NCBI GenBank assembly: GCA_964597375.1
Contig: CAZQYE010000001.1
Location: 1 to 42,946 of the forward strand
Source of the DNA: an uncultured Myxococcales bacterium
GTDB lineage: Bacteria; Desulfobacterota; Binatia; UBA1149; SPBQ01
Length of the DNA: 42,946 nt
Reading direction: 5' to 3'
Numbering within the stretch: position 1 is the first letter of the stretch; each line of letters begins with the position of its first letter. The position numbers and the translations under genes were made by a program. The notes under the pieces were generated by a model. That model did not search any database. It saw only the letters and a list, made by a program, of their open reading frames with translations, and was not told the origin of the DNA. Shown piece after piece: positions 1-10,084 of this stretch.

Positions 1-90
1 CGCTGGAGGCCGCGCGCGCAGGGCCGGGCGACGCCGATTCAGAAGCGCGGCAGCCATATCACGGTGGTGCTCGACGAGATGGGTTCTTGA
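1..90 (+). CDS. rplV: 50S ribosomal protein L22, C-terminal fragment (gene begins upstream of window)
   Basis: Frame 1 reads ...PRAQGRATPIQKRGSHITVVLDEMGS* (stop 88-90), which is the L22 C-terminus. It sits directly upstream of rpsC as in the S10 operon. Confidence 0.8.
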   Translation, partial: RWRPRAQGRATPIQKRGSHITVVLDEMGS

Positions 91-117
91 ACCGGATTAG
101 ACGGACGGACTGATACA

Positions 118-783
118 GTGGGACAGAAGACGCATCCAAAAGGCTTTCGCCTCGGGGTATCGACTACGTGGGACTCGCGCTGGTTCGCGCGTCACGACTA
201 CGCCGATCTACTGCAGCAGGATATTCGCATTCGCGAGTTCCTCAAGAAGCGCCTTCATCATGCCGGCGTGCCCCGCATCGAGATCGAGCGTGCCGCCAAT
301 AAAGTGAAGGTCAACATTTATACCGCGCGGCCCGGCATCGTGATCGGCAAGAAAGGCGTGGAGATCGAGAAGCTCAAGCGTGAAGTGATGGCCATCGCCG
401 GCAAGGACAGCTTCCTCGAGATTCACGAAATCCGCCGGCCGGACCTCGACGCGCAACTCGTGGCGGAGAACATCGCGATGCAGCTCGAGCGACGCGTGAT
501 GTTCCGCCGGGCGATGAAAGAGGCGGTCGCGCGGGCGATGCGCATGGGCGCCCAGGGGATCCGTGTTCAGTGTGCGGGCCGACTCGGCGGGCACGAGATC
601 GCGCGCACGGAATGGTATCGCGAAGGCCGGGTGCCGTTGCACACGCTTCGCGCAGACGTCGATTACGGGTTGGCCGAAGCGCGTACGACGTTCGGTGTCA
701 TCGGAGTGAAGGCGTGGGTCTATCGCGGTGAGGCAAGCGGCCGTTTGGCCGAGGACCGCCGCCGGCCGGGGATCGGAGTGTAG
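118..783 (+). CDS. rpsC: 30S ribosomal protein S3
   Basis: ORF 118-783 with GTG start. [24 protein letters not shown]... is the canonical S3 N-terminus. Order is L22-S3-L16. Confidence 0.97.
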   Translation: MGQKTHPKGFRLGVSTTWDSRWFARHDYADLLQQDIRIREFLKKRLHHAGVPRIEIERAANKVKVNIYTARPGIVIGKKGVEIEKLKREVMAIAGKDSFLEIHEIRRPDLDAQLVAENIAMQLERRVMFRRAMKEAVARAMRMGAQGIRVQCAGRLGGHEIARTEWYREGRVPLHTLRADVDYGLAEARTTFGVIGVKAWVYRGEASGRLAEDRRRPGIGV

Positions 784-786
784 GCG

Positions 787-1215
787 ATGCTGGCCCCGAA
801 GAAGACGAAATACCGCAAGATGCAGAAGGCGAAGGGCCGCACGCGCGGCTTTGCGCAACGGGGAAACACGCTCGTGTTCGGGGACTACGGTCTCATGGCG
901 ACGAGCCCCGCGCGGATCACTGCGCGGCAGATCGAGGCTGCGCGTGTTGCGATCACACGCCACGTCAAGCGCGGCGGCCGCATCTGGATCCGCATCTTTC
1001 CCGATCTGTCCTACACCAAGAAGCCCGCGGAGGTCCGCATGGGCAAAGGCAAGGGGTCGCCCGAAGGATGGTGCGCCCCGGTGAAGCCTGGACGGATGCT
1101 GTTTGAAATGGAAGGCGTGAGCCCGGCGATGGCGCGTGAGGCCTTGCGGCTGGCGGCTCAGAAGCTGCCGTGCTCGACCCGGTTCTGCGAGCGGGAGTCG
1201 GTCCATGGATCTTAA
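787..1215 (+). CDS. rplP: 50S ribosomal protein L16
   Basis: [21 protein letters not shown]... is the L16 N-terminus. Starts 3 nt after the rpsC stop. Confidence 0.97.
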   Translation: MLAPKKTKYRKMQKAKGRTRGFAQRGNTLVFGDYGLMATSPARITARQIEAARVAITRHVKRGGRIWIRIFPDLSYTKKPAEVRMGKGKGSPEGWCAPVKPGRMLFEMEGVSPAMAREALRLAAQKLPCSTRFCERESVHGS

Positions 1216-1411
1216 GGAACTACGAGCCATGACCGCCGAGGAGTTGCGCCAGAAGGCGGATGAACTGCGCGAGGACCTGGCTCGGCTTACGATGAAGCGC
1301 TATGCCCGGCGTCTCGAAAAGCCGTCGGAGCTTCGCCGCACGAAAAAGGAGCTCGCGCGCGTGCTGACACTGGCTCGCGAGAAGGAACTCGAGGCTAGGC
1401 GAGGAGCATGA
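1205..1411 (+). CDS. rpmC: 50S ribosomal protein L29
   Basis: Lies inside ORF 1136-1411. ATG 1205 gives [28 protein letters not shown], the L29 signature. Overlaps the rplP 3' end by 11 nt. Confidence 0.9.
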   Translation: MDLKELRAMTAEELRQKADELREDLARLTMKRYARRLEKPSELRRTKKELARVLTLAREKELEARRGA

Positions 1412-1707
1412 TGATGACCGAAAAGGCGCGACCACAACCGAAGACGCGCGAAGGATTCGTCGTGAGCAACGCGATGGACAAGACCGTCGTCGTCAACGTG
1501 CGCCGTCGCATCAAGCATCCCCGGTACCGCAAGTACGTCCGTGTGAACAAGCGATACATGGCACACGACGAACGGAACGAATGTCAGGTCGGGGACCGTG
1601 TGGTGATTTGTGAGTCGCGGCCGCTCAGTAAGCGCAAGCGCTGGCGCGTGCGCGCGATCGTCGAGCGTGCGGTCAAGGACGTCGATGTCGTGGGTGATGA
1701 GCCATGA
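1408..1707 (+). CDS. rpsQ: 30S ribosomal protein S17
   Basis: ...[42 protein letters not shown]... is the S17 OB fold. ATGA overlap with the rpmC stop. Three tandem ATGs (1408/1411/1414) leave the exact start uncertain. Confidence 0.93.
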   Translation: MMMTEKARPQPKTREGFVVSNAMDKTVVVNVRRRIKHPRYRKYVRVNKRYMAHDERNECQVGDRVVICESRPLSKRKRWRVRAIVERAVKDVDVVGDEP

Positions 1708-2072
1708 TTAGTCAGGAAACGGTACTCGATGTCGCCGACAACTCCGGGGCCCGCCGGGTGCTGTGCATCAAAGTGCTCGGCGGGAGTCGCAGGCGTTATG
1801 CGCGTATCGGCGACGTGATCGTCGCCGCGGTGAAGGAGGCGATCCCGGGCGGCAAGGTTTCCAAAGGCGACGTCGTTCGGGCGGTCGTCGTGCGCACCTG
1901 CCAGCCGACGCGGCGTCCGGACGGATCGACCATCCGCTTCGATACGAACTCGGCGGTCATCATCGACAAGCAGGGCGAGCCTGTCGGAACGCGGATCTTC
2001 GGACCGGTGGCCCGCGAGCTGCGTGCGCGGCAGTTCATGCGCATCATCTCGCTGGCTCCGGAGGTGCTCTGA
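1704..2072 (+). CDS. rplN: 50S ribosomal protein L14
   Basis: [28 protein letters not shown]... matches L14. ATGA overlap with the rpsQ stop. Confidence 0.97.
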   Translation: MISQETVLDVADNSGARRVLCIKVLGGSRRRYARIGDVIVAAVKEAIPGGKVSKGDVVRAVVVRTCQPTRRPDGSTIRFDTNSAVIIDKQGEPVGTRIFGPVARELRARQFMRIISLAPEVL

Positions 2073-2074
2073 CG

Positions 2075-2413
2075 ATGGTGGGTGCGATGAGTAAGGCGAA
2101 CCTCAAGAAGGACGATACCGTTCTCGTGATCGCGGGGAAGGAGCGCGGCAAGACCGGCAAGGTCGTGCGTGTCCTTCGTGACCGCGATCGGGTTCTGGTC
2201 GAACGCGTCAACATGATCAAGCGGCACCAGAAGCCGACCAGTCCGCAGGAGCCCGGTGGCATTCTCGAGAAAGAGGCGCCGCTTCACGTGTCGAACGTGA
2301 TGTTGGTATGCCCGGCTTGCAACAAGCCAACGCGGGTCGGCCGCCGCAAACTCGAAACCGGGGCGCGCGTGCGCGTATGCCGGCGCTGCGGTGAGGCAAT
2401 CGATAAGGCATAG
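2075..2413 (+). CDS. rplX: 50S ribosomal protein L24 (zinc-ribbon-type C-terminus)
   Basis: Lies inside ORF 1763-2413. ATG 2075 has GGAGG 9 nt upstream; ATG 2087 is an alternative. It gives ...[24 protein letters not shown] (KOW motif). The C-terminus is [32 protein letters not shown]. Confidence 0.92.
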   Translation: MVGAMSKANLKKDDTVLVIAGKERGKTGKVVRVLRDRDRVLVERVNMIKRHQKPTSPQEPGGILEKEAPLHVSNVMLVCPACNKPTRVGRRKLETGARVRVCRRCGEAIDKA

Positions 2414-2417
2414 AGAA

Positions 2418-2972
2418 ATGGGGCAGGATCCAAAACCGAGGCTCGCACAAAAGTACGAGCAGGAGATTCGCGGCGCTCTCAAGGAGCGCTTCGGCCTGTC
2501 GTCCGTGATGGCGGTTCCGCGGCTCGAGAAGGTTGTCGTCAACGTCGGGCTCGGCGCGGCGGTCCAGAATCCGAAGTTGATCGACCAGGCAGTCAGCGAC
2601 ATCGCGCTCATCTGCGGCCAGCGACCGGTGGTGACGCGGGCACGGAAGGCGATCGCGAATTTCAAGCTGCGTGCCGGCATGCCGATCGGGGTGACGGCGA
2701 CGCTACGGCGCGAGCGGATGTACGAATTCGTCGATCGGTTGATCAACGTCGCGCTGCCGCGCGTCCGGGACTTCCGCGGGCTGAGCGCGCGCGGCTTCGA
2801 CGGTCGCGGGAACTATACGATTGGCATCCGCGAGCAAACGATTTTTCCTGAGATCGATCTCGACAAGGTCGAGCACGTGATCGGTCTCAGCGCGACGATG
2901 GTGACGACGGCCAAGAACGATGAGCAGGGCAGGGCTTTGCTCGAGGCGTTCGGCTTTCCATTTAGAGGCTGA
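2418..2972 (+). CDS. rplE: 50S ribosomal protein L5
   Basis: Lies inside ORF 2391-2972. ATG 2418 gives [27 protein letters not shown]...VVVNVGLG, which is L5. Position is between L24 and S14. Confidence 0.95.
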   Translation: MGQDPKPRLAQKYEQEIRGALKERFGLSSVMAVPRLEKVVVNVGLGAAVQNPKLIDQAVSDIALICGQRPVVTRARKAIANFKLRAGMPIGVTATLRRERMYEFVDRLINVALPRVRDFRGLSARGFDGRGNYTIGIREQTIFPEIDLDKVEHVIGLSATMVTTAKNDEQGRALLEAFGFPFRG

Positions 2973-2984
2973 AACGAAGGAGTC

Positions 2985-3170
2985 ATGGCGAAGAAGTGTT
3001 TGATCATCAAGGCGCAGCGTAAGCCGAAGTTCAAGGTGCGGGCGTACACCCGATGCATGCAGTGCGGCCGGCCACGCAGCGTGTACCGCCGTTTCAGGCT
3101 CTGCCGCATTTGCCTGCGCGAAATGGCGCGCCGGGGCCTGATCCCGGGCCTCGTCAAGGCGAGTTGGTAG
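2985..3170 (+). CDS. rpsN: 30S ribosomal protein S14, short zinc-binding type Z
   Basis: 61 aa: [46 protein letters not shown]..., with a CxxC...CxxC motif. spc-operon position. Confidence 0.95.
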   Translation: MAKKCLIIKAQRKPKFKVRAYTRCMQCGRPRSVYRRFRLCRICLREMARRGLIPGLVKASW

Positions 3171-3180
3171 GAGGCGGCTC

Positions 3181-3579
3181 ATGGGAATGACCGACCCGAT
3201 CGCCGACATGCTGACGCGGATTCGTAACGCCGTACAGGCGCGCCACGAGCGGACGTCCATGCCATGGTCCCGCCTGCGGGAGGAGATCGCCAAGGTGTTG
3301 GTGGCCGAAGGCTACCTGACCGATGTCGTGGTCGACGGGAAAGGAGCGGGGAAGAGGCTGTCGGTCGTGCTTCGCTACAGCGAGGAGGGGGAGCCTGCGA
3401 TCTCGGGCCTGCGGCGCGTGAGCAAGCCGTCGTTGCGCGTCTATTCGCCCGCTCAGGAAGTGCCCCGCGTGCGCGGCGGGCTTGGTATCGCCGTGCTTTC
3501 CACGCCCGCGGGCGTTCTCGTCGATCGCGAGGCGCGTCGCAGGAACGTCGGCGGAGAGATTCTCTGCGAGGTCTGGTAG
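3181..3579 (+). CDS. rpsH: 30S ribosomal protein S8
   Basis: MGMTDPIADMLTRIRNA... is the S8 N-terminus. AGGAGG lies 6 nt upstream of ATG 3181. Confidence 0.96.
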   Translation: MGMTDPIADMLTRIRNAVQARHERTSMPWSRLREEIAKVLVAEGYLTDVVVDGKGAGKRLSVVLRYSEEGEPAISGLRRVSKPSLRVYSPAQEVPRVRGGLGIAVLSTPAGVLVDREARRRNVGGEILCEVW

Positions 3580-3580
3580 G

Positions 3581-4123
3581 TTGTCACGGTTAGGAAAAGT
3601 TCCGATCGAGGTGCCGTCCGGCGTCAAGGTGCGCGTAGACGGCAGGCATGTCGAGGTTCAGGGGCCGAAAGGGAAGCTCGAGCTCGACCTGATGGACGGG
3701 ATCGCCGTCGAGCAGGAGGAGGGCTCGGTCCTGGTGACGCGGCGTGACGATTCGCGTGCCCAGCGGTCGGCGCAGGGTCTGATGCGCTCGCTGGTCGGCA
3801 ACATGATCGAGGGCGTCAGCAACGGTTTCAGCAAGACGCTCGAGATCACTGGTGTCGGATATCGCGCCGATGTTCGGGGCAACGAGATCCACCTGAGCCT
3901 CGGGTACTCCCATCCTATCGTGTACCAACTGCCCGAGGGGATTTCGGCGTCCGTCGACCGCCAGACGACGCTGACGGTGAGCGGTATCGACCGGCAGCTC
4001 GTCGGTGAGGTGGCGGCGGGCATCCGCAAGCTGCGTCCTCCCGAGCCATACAAGGGGAAAGGAATCCGCTACAGCGACGAACAGGTTCGGCGCAAGGCCG
4101 GCAAGGCCGGAGCGGCGAAGTAA
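3581..4123 (+). CDS. rplF: 50S ribosomal protein L6
   Basis: Lies inside ORF 3482-4123. TTG 3581, 1 nt after the rpsH stop, gives (M)[30 protein letters not shown], which is the L6 N-terminus. Confidence 0.93.
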   Translation: MSRLGKVPIEVPSGVKVRVDGRHVEVQGPKGKLELDLMDGIAVEQEEGSVLVTRRDDSRAQRSAQGLMRSLVGNMIEGVSNGFSKTLEITGVGYRADVRGNEIHLSLGYSHPIVYQLPEGISASVDRQTTLTVSGIDRQLVGEVAAGIRKLRPPEPYKGKGIRYSDEQVRRKAGKAGAAK

Positions 4124-4142
4124 TCGCGGCGGTGATGGTAGC

Positions 4143-4496
4143 ATGAACAAGGCAGAGCAGAGGAGAATCGGACGAGCTCGCAGGCGACGGCGCATCCGCC
4201 GCATCGTGCGCGGCACGGACGAGCGCCCCCGCCTGAGTGTTTTTCGATCGAACAAGTACCTCTACGCGCAGCTCATTTCCGACGAGAGCGGTCGCACGCT
4301 CGCGGCGGCATCGACGCTCAAGACGCACGGTGCGGGTGTGACGGTGGACAAGGCGCGGGCGCTGGGTACGGCGATCGCCGAGAAGTGCAAGGAGTTGGGC
4401 ATCGAACGGATCGTGTTCGACCGTGGCGGCTACCGCTACCACGGACGCATCAAGGCGCTGGCGGATGCGGCGCGCGAAGCGGGCTTGAAGTTCTAA
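4143..4496 (+). CDS. rplR: 50S ribosomal protein L18
   Basis: Lies inside ORF 4005-4496. ATG 4143 gives [45 protein letters not shown], which is L18. Confidence 0.93.
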   Translation: MNKAEQRRIGRARRRRRIRRIVRGTDERPRLSVFRSNKYLYAQLISDESGRTLAAASTLKTHGAGVTVDKARALGTAIAEKCKELGIERIVFDRGGYRYHGRIKALADAAREAGLKF

Positions 4497-4514
4497 GGCC
4501 ACGGAGAGCGAATC

Positions 4515-5027
4515 TTGCCACGACGACAAACGCAATCGTTCAAGTTCGAGGGTGTCGATCTCAAGGAGCGCGTGGTGCATATCAACCGCGTCGCCAAGGT
4601 CGTAAAGGGCGGCCGGCGCTTCAGCTTCAGCGCCCTCGTGGTGGTCGGGGATGGTGCCGGCCACGTCGGTTACGGTATTGGGAAGGCCAAGGAAGTTCCG
4701 GAGGCGATTCGGAAAGGAGCCGAAAAGGCGCGTAAGGCGATGCTCGAAGTGCCGATCCTCGACGGGACCATTCCGTTTGCCGTCAAGGGCCGGTACGGCG
4801 CGGGGTTGGTGTTGCTCAAGCCGGCTGCCGCTGGAACCGGTGTGATCGCCGGCGGCGGGGTTCGCGCGGTCGTGGAGCTGGCGGGGGTCGAAAACGTCCT
4901 GACGAAGTGCTTGGGGTCGCACAACGCCCATAACGTCGTCAAGGCCACGATGGACGCGCTGTCCCAGCTCGCCTCGCCAGAGGAAGTCGCTGCGCTGCGC
5001 GGCAAGCGCGTCGAGGAGCTGCGCTGA
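4515..5027 (+). CDS. rpsE: 30S ribosomal protein S5
   Basis: TTG start at 4515. ...[53 protein letters not shown] is the S5 signature. Confidence 0.95.
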   Translation: MPRRQTQSFKFEGVDLKERVVHINRVAKVVKGGRRFSFSALVVVGDGAGHVGYGIGKAKEVPEAIRKGAEKARKAMLEVPILDGTIPFAVKGRYGAGLVLLKPAAAGTGVIAGGGVRAVVELAGVENVLTKCLGSHNAHNVVKATMDALSQLASPEEVAALRGKRVEELR

Positions 5028-5058
5028 GCCGGGGTGCGGCTGCATTAGGAGTGAGATC

Positions 5059-5247
5059 GTGGCGGGTGAAGGAGAAATGATTCGCGTGACCCTCGTCGGC
5101 AGCCATGCCGGCTGCACCAAGCGCCAGCGCGAGACCCTCAAGGGACTGGGCCTGACACGTCGCGGGCGGTCGGTGATTTTGCGTGACAGCGAGCCGGTTC
5201 GCGGGATGATCCGCAAAGTCCAGCATCTGGTGAAGGTGGAGGCGTAG
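5059..5247 (+). CDS. rpmD: 50S ribosomal protein L30
   Basis: ...[33 protein letters not shown] matches L30. GTG 5059 has AGGAG 7 nt upstream; ATG 5077 is an alternative. Confidence 0.9.
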   Translation: MAGEGEMIRVTLVGSHAGCTKRQRETLKGLGLTRRGRSVILRDSEPVRGMIRKVQHLVKVEA

Positions 5248-5249
5248 AC

Positions 5250-5702
5250 ATGCAGCTCGATTCGATGAAGCCGGTCCCAGGATCGCGCAGAAAGAGAAAG
5301 CGCGTCGGACGAGGACCTGGCTCGGGCCACGGCAAGACCGCCGGGCGCGGGCACAAAGGCGCCCGTTCGCGTTCCGGTCATATCCTCAAGCTCGGGTTCG
5401 AGGGTGGTCAGATGCCGCTCGCCCGGCGCCTGCCCAAGCGCGGTTTTCGCAACATCTTTCGCGTCGAGTATCAGGTGGTCAATCTCGGTCAGCTCGGGCG
5501 GTTCGAGGACGGCTCGATCGTCGATCGCGAGGCCCTGAGGCAGGCGGGGCTGTGCAAGGGGCGCCGGCCGATCAAGGTGCTTGCCAAGGGCAAGCTCGAC
5601 CGGGCGCTGACGGTGCGGGTCGACGCGTTTTCGAGCGCGGCCCGAGAGGCGATTGCGGCGGCCGGAGGGGTGGCCGAGACCTCTGCAAAGGGACAGGACT
5701 AG
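5250..5702 (+). CDS. rplO: 50S ribosomal protein L15
   Basis: Gly/Arg-rich N-terminus ...[26 protein letters not shown]... typical of L15. Sits between L30 and secY. Confidence 0.95.
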   Translation: MQLDSMKPVPGSRRKRKRVGRGPGSGHGKTAGRGHKGARSRSGHILKLGFEGGQMPLARRLPKRGFRNIFRVEYQVVNLGQLGRFEDGSIVDREALRQAGLCKGRRPIKVLAKGKLDRALTVRVDAFSSAAREAIAAAGGVAETSAKGQD

Positions 5703-5711
5703 GATAGGCGC

Positions 5712-7019
5712 GTGTTCGAGGGCATCCAGAACGTTCCGAGAATCCCGGAGCTTCGACGCCGGCTCGGGTTTACTCTGATGATGCTGGCCGTCTACCGGGT
5801 CGGCGTGGCGATCCCGACGCCTGGGATCAACGGGCAGGCGCTCGGCGAGTATTTTCGTCAAGCGCAGCAGACCGTCTTTGGAATGGTCAACCTCTTTTCC
5901 GGTGGTGCACTCGAACGTTTCTCGATCTTCGCCCTCGGGATCATGCCGTACATTTCGGCGTCGATCATCTTACAGCTCATGACTCTGGTCATCCCCTATA
6001 TCGAGCGGCTTTCGAAGGAAGGGGAGCAAGGTCGCAAGAAGATCACCCAGTATACGCGCTACGGGACGGTTGTCCTTTCGCTCATCCAGGGCCTGTTCAT
6101 CTCGCTCGGACTCGAGCAGATTCAGACCCCGGCCGGGGGTTCCGTCGTGTACTTTCCCGGTTGGTCGTTCCGCCTCATGACGATGCTCACGCTTACCGCC
6201 GGTACCGCGTTCATCATGTGGATCGGCGAGCAGATCAGCGAACGCGGGATCGGGAACGGTATCAGCCTGATCATCTTTGCAGGGATTGTGGCGGCGATTC
6301 CTTCTGCACTGGTGAATACATTCAGCTACGCCCGCCAGGGCGAACTCGGCCCTCTCGTCCTGCTCGTGCTTGCCGCGATCATGATCGTCACGGTCGGGGC
6401 CATCATCTACGTGGAGCGGGGGCATCGAAGGATCCCGATTCAGTACGCCAAACGGGTCGTCGGCCGCCGCATGGTAGGCGGGCAAGCGACGCATCTTCCT
6501 CTCCGAGTGAATACCGCCGGCGTGATTCCTCCGATCTTCGCCTCGTCTCTTCTGATCTTTCCCGCGACGATCGCGCAGTTCGTTCAGTATCCCGTCTTTC
6601 AGCGGGTTGCCGATTACCTGCAGCCGGGAGGCCTGTTCTACAACATCGTGTACGTCGCCGGCATCATTTTCTTCTGCTATTTCTACACGGCGGTCATCTT
6701 CAATCCCGTCGATGTCGCCGAGAACCTGCAGAAATTCGGCGGATTCATTCCTGGGATCCGTCCGGGCAAGAGGACGGCGGAGTATATCGACCGTATCCTG
6801 TCGCGGCTGACGCTCGCCGGCGCCATATACGTGTCGATCATCTGTGTTTTGCCGACGTTCCTCATTGCTCAGTTCAACGTGCCGTTCTTCTTCGGTGGAA
6901 CGGCTCTCTTGATCGTGGTCGGCGTGGCGATCGATACCGTGGCGCAGATGCAAGCGCACCTCATCCAGCGCAGCTACGACGGTTTCATGAAGAAAGGAAA
7001 GGTGCGTGGCCGGCGATGA
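5712..7019 (+). CDS. secY: Preprotein translocase subunit SecY
   Basis: 435-aa polytopic protein with GTG start. ELRRRLGFTLMMLAVYRVGVAIPTPGI and GIMPYISASIILQL are SecY motifs. Canonical position after rplO. Confidence 0.97.
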   Translation: MFEGIQNVPRIPELRRRLGFTLMMLAVYRVGVAIPTPGINGQALGEYFRQAQQTVFGMVNLFSGGALERFSIFALGIMPYISASIILQLMTLVIPYIERLSKEGEQGRKKITQYTRYGTVVLSLIQGLFISLGLEQIQTPAGGSVVYFPGWSFRLMTMLTLTAGTAFIMWIGEQISERGIGNGISLIIFAGIVAAIPSALVNTFSYARQGELGPLVLLVLAAIMIVTVGAIIYVERGHRRIPIQYAKRVVGRRMVGGQATHLPLRVNTAGVIPPIFASSLLIFPATIAQFVQYPVFQRVADYLQPGGLFYNIVYVAGIIFFCYFYTAVIFNPVDVAENLQKFGGFIPGIRPGKRTAEYIDRILSRLTLAGAIYVSIICVLPTFLIAQFNVPFFFGGTALLIVVGVAIDTVAQMQAHLIQRSYDGFMKKGKVRGRR

Positions 7020-7029
7020 GGGGGAAGCC

Positions 7030-7680
7030 GTGCGAGTCGTATTGTTAGGTGCGCCGGGAACCGGGAAGGGGACGCAAGGAGCCCGCCTTCGTGAGGCCCA
7101 CGCGATTCCTCACGTGTCGACGGGCGACCTGTTGCGCGAGGCCGTAGAGCAAGGAACCGAGTTGGGGCGCAAGGCGAAAAGTTACATGGACGAGGGCAAG
7201 CTGGTGCCCGACGATCTCGTGCTGGGGCTCGTCCGCGAACGGCTCGATCGTGCCGACTGCCGCGGCGGGTTTTTACTCGACGGGTTCCCGCGGACGGTGG
7301 CGCAGGCCGAAGCGCTCGAGAAGCTCCTTGCCGAGCGGGGAGAGCACCTCGACCACGTCGTGTCGCTGGCGGTCGCCGAAGACGAAATCGTCGCTCGGCT
7401 GAGTGGCCGGCGCGTTTGCCCCGACTGCGGGCGGCTGTACCATATTCGGTTTAGCCCGCCGGCTCGGGACGGACACTGCGACGATTGTGGCGCGAGCCTC
7501 GTCGTCCGGGACGACGACCGGGAGGAGACGATTCGCAAGCGTCTCGAGGTGTATGCGCGGGAGACCGCGCCGTTGCTGGATTTTTACGCCGGCCGTGGGC
7601 TGCTGGTCGAGGTCGACGGGAACGAGGAACCGGACGAGGTCTGGAACCGAGTGCAGGCGGCCGTCGGAGGCGCCGCGTGA
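7030..7680 (+). CDS. adk: Adenylate kinase (zinc-lid type)
   Basis: Lies inside ORF 7006-7680. GTG 7030 gives VRVVLLGAPGTGKGTQ (P-loop), followed by LLDGFPRT. The lid is CPDCGRLYH...CDDCG. Confidence 0.94.
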   Translation: MRVVLLGAPGTGKGTQGARLREAHAIPHVSTGDLLREAVEQGTELGRKAKSYMDEGKLVPDDLVLGLVRERLDRADCRGGFLLDGFPRTVAQAEALEKLLAERGEHLDHVVSLAVAEDEIVARLSGRRVCPDCGRLYHIRFSPPARDGHCDDCGASLVVRDDDREETIRKRLEVYARETAPLLDFYAGRGLLVEVDGNEEPDEVWNRVQAAVGGAA

Positions 7681-8435
7681 TCGAGCTGAAGTCGAAAGAC
7701 GAGGTCGAGCGAATGCGCCGTCCCGCTGCGGTGGTAGCGCAGATTCTCGCTGCCCTCCGGGAGGCGGCCAAGGTCGGAGTGACGACCGCCGAGCTCGACG
7801 CGCTTGCGGAAAGAATGATCGAACGCGCGGGTGCTCGCTCGGCGTTCAAGAACTATCGCGTTGGGAACGCCGTGTTTCCGGCGGTGTTGTGTACGTCGAT
7901 CAACGAAGAGGTGGTGCACGGGATACCATCGGACCGGGCGCTCGAGGACGGCGACATTTTGAGTCTCGACTTTGGTGTCGAGCTCGATGGCTTTTACGGG
8001 GATGCGGCGATTACGGTTCCCATCGGCACGATCGACGAGGAATCGAAGAAGCTTCTCGAGGTGACGAAACGGTGCCTCGAGGTGGGAATCGACCAGTTGC
8101 GTGCGGGGAATCGGCTTGGCGATGTCGGGGCGGCGGTGCAGGAGGTCGCCGAGAGCGAAGGCTTTTCCGTGGTGCGTGAGTTCGTCGGACACGGGATCGG
8201 CCGGGCGCTGCACGAGGATCCGCAAGTTCCGAACTTCGGCGTCCGGGGGCGCGGCCGCGAACTCAAGCCGGGAATGGTCATTGCGCTCGAGCCGATGATC
8301 AACGCCGGCGGGCCGGGCGTTCGCGTGCTCGACGACGGTTGGACGGCGGTAACGGCGGACGGCCGGAGGTCGGCGCACTTCGAGCACACGGTCGCCGTGA
8401 CGACGAACGGGCCTCGGATACTGACGACGCCGTGA
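7677..8435 (+). CDS. map: Type I methionine aminopeptidase
   Basis: Lies inside ORF 7485-8435. GTG 7677 (GTGA overlap with the adk stop) gives VIELKSKDEVERMR.... Metal-site contexts are DFGVELDGFYGDAA, GHGIG, ALEPMI and FEHTV. Confidence 0.94.
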   Translation: MIELKSKDEVERMRRPAAVVAQILAALREAAKVGVTTAELDALAERMIERAGARSAFKNYRVGNAVFPAVLCTSINEEVVHGIPSDRALEDGDILSLDFGVELDGFYGDAAITVPIGTIDEESKKLLEVTKRCLEVGIDQLRAGNRLGDVGAAVQEVAESEGFSVVREFVGHGIGRALHEDPQVPNFGVRGRGRELKPGMVIALEPMINAGGPGVRVLDDGWTAVTADGRRSAHFEHTVAVTTNGPRILTTP

Positions 8436-8446
8436 GGAACTGAGCA

Positions 8447-8560
8447 ATGAAAGTACGAGCATCGGTGAAGCGAATTTGCAGGGACTGCAAAGTCATCAAG
8501 CGTAAGGGCGTGATTCGGGTCGTCTGCAAAAACCCGCGTCACAAGCAGCGGCAAGGCTGA
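8447..8560 (+). CDS. rpmJ: 50S ribosomal protein L36 (zinc form)
   Basis: Absent from the ORF track because it is under 60 aa. ATG 8447 to TGA 8558-8560 encodes [37 protein letters not shown], which is L36. Confidence 0.92.
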   Translation: MKVRASVKRICRDCKVIKRKGVIRVVCKNPRHKQRQG

Positions 8561-8569
8561 GGAAGGATC

Positions 8570-8950
8570 ATGGCACGAATCGCGGGCGTCGATTTGCCGA
8601 GAAACAAGCGGATCGACATTGCACTTACGTACATTTTCGGCATCGGGCGTTCTTCTGCGAAGAAGATTGTGGCCGAGGCCGGTGTCGACGGCGGCCGGAA
8701 GACGGACGACTTGACCGATGCCGAAGTGAATGCGCTGCGTGCGGTCATCGACGGCGGGTACAAGGTCGAGGGGGACCTGCGGCGCGAGATCGCGACGAAC
8801 ATCAAACGATACATGGACCTCGGGTGCTACCGCGGCCTGCGTCACCGGCGGGGCCTTCCGGTTCGCGGGCAACGCACCCACACGAACGCACGTACCCGCA
8901 AGGGGCCGAGAAAGGCGATTGCGGGCAAGAAGATGGCGCCGAAACGCTAG
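8570..8950 (+). CDS. rpsM: 30S ribosomal protein S13
   Basis: [30 protein letters not shown]... is the S13 N-terminus. Confidence 0.97.
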   Translation: MARIAGVDLPRNKRIDIALTYIFGIGRSSAKKIVAEAGVDGGRKTDDLTDAEVNALRAVIDGGYKVEGDLRREIATNIKRYMDLGCYRGLRHRRGLPVRGQRTHTNARTRKGPRKAIAGKKMAPKR

Positions 8951-8974
8951 GAATGAGGGCGTAAATAGGATCGT

Positions 8975-9391
8975 ATGGCAACGAGACAACAATCGAGACA
9001 GCAGGCCGCATCGGCTGCGGCGCGTCGCAGGAAGGGCAAGCGAACCGTAAGCGAGGGCATTGCCCACATCCGGGCGACCTTCAACAACACGACGATTACG
9101 ATTACCGATCCGAAGGGCAACGTGGTCGCGTGGGCAAGCGCCGGGTCGGCCGGCTTCAAAGGCTCGCGCAAAGGGACCCCGTTCGCCGCCCAGGTCGCAG
9201 CGGAACGTGCGGCCCGCATGGCGATCGACATGGGCATGCGGAGCGTCGCGGTGCGCATGAAGGGCCCGGGCGCCGGCCGCGAGTCGGCGGTACGGGCGCT
9301 CGGCGCGGCGGGATTCCAGATCACATCGATCCGTGACGTGACGCCGATTCCGCACAACGGCTGCCGGCCACCGAAGAAGCGGCGGGTCTGA
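8975..9391 (+). CDS. rpsK: 30S ribosomal protein S11
   Basis: ...[46 protein letters not shown] is the S11 signature. Confidence 0.97.
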   Translation: MATRQQSRQQAASAAARRRKGKRTVSEGIAHIRATFNNTTITITDPKGNVVAWASAGSAGFKGSRKGTPFAAQVAAERAARMAIDMGMRSVAVRMKGPGAGRESAVRALGAAGFQITSIRDVTPIPHNGCRPPKKRRV

Positions 9392-9403
9392 GGAGCAGGG
9401 GAC

Positions 9404-10033
9404 ATGGCACGTTACACCGATCCTGTATGCAGACTCTGCCGTCGTGAGGGGATGAAGCTGATGCTCAAGGGGGAGCGCTGCTTCACGGACAAGTGCGCGA
9501 TCGAGCGGCGAAATTACCCGCCTGGGCAACACGGACAGGGGCGCCGGCGCAAGATTTCGGAATACGCCGTGCAGTTGCGCGAAAAGCAGCGCCTCAAACG
9601 GATGTACGGCTTGCTCGAAAAGCAGTTCCGGCATTACTTCGAAATGGCCGAGCGATCGCGCGAGGTTACGGGTGAGGCCTTGCTGAAGCTGCTCGAGCGC
9701 AGGCTCGACAATATGGTGTTTCGGCTCGGAATGGCGCGCTCGCGCGCCGAGGCGCGGCAGCTCGTGCGCCACCGCCACTTCCTCGTCAACGGCAAGCCGG
9801 TCGATATTCCGTCGTATCTGACGAAGGAAGGCGACGAGATTTCCGTGCGCGAGAAAAGCCGCTCGAAGGAAATCTTCAAGAATGCGATCGAGCTGGCCGA
9901 GCGGCGCGGCGTGCCCACGTGGCTGGAGCTCGAAGCTGCGGCGTTCCGGGGGCGGATCGTCAAGATTCCCGAGCGCGAAGATATTACGATTCCAGTCAAC
10001 GAAAGGCTGGTCGTCGAATTGTATTCGAAGTAA
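9404..10033 (+). CDS. rpsD: 30S ribosomal protein S4 (with N-terminal four-Cys motif)
   Basis: [36 protein letters not shown]... followed by an S4 RNA-binding domain. Alpha-operon position. Confidence 0.97.
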   Translation: MARYTDPVCRLCRREGMKLMLKGERCFTDKCAIERRNYPPGQHGQGRRRKISEYAVQLREKQRLKRMYGLLEKQFRHYFEMAERSREVTGEALLKLLERRLDNMVFRLGMARSRAEARQLVRHRHFLVNGKPVDIPSYLTKEGDEISVREKSRSKEIFKNAIELAERRGVPTWLELEAAAFRGRIVKIPEREDITIPVNERLVVELYSK

Positions 10034-10084
10034 CTGCGGCGCGACGGCCCCCGGGGCGAGTCGTGGCCATGGAGCGATAACGAC

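Noticed and set aside
3915-5861. 648-aa minus-strand ORF
   Set aside because: It is antisense to rplF, rplR, rpsE, rpmD, rplO and the secY start. It shows the same Arg/Pro-rich composition, so it is a high-GC artefact.
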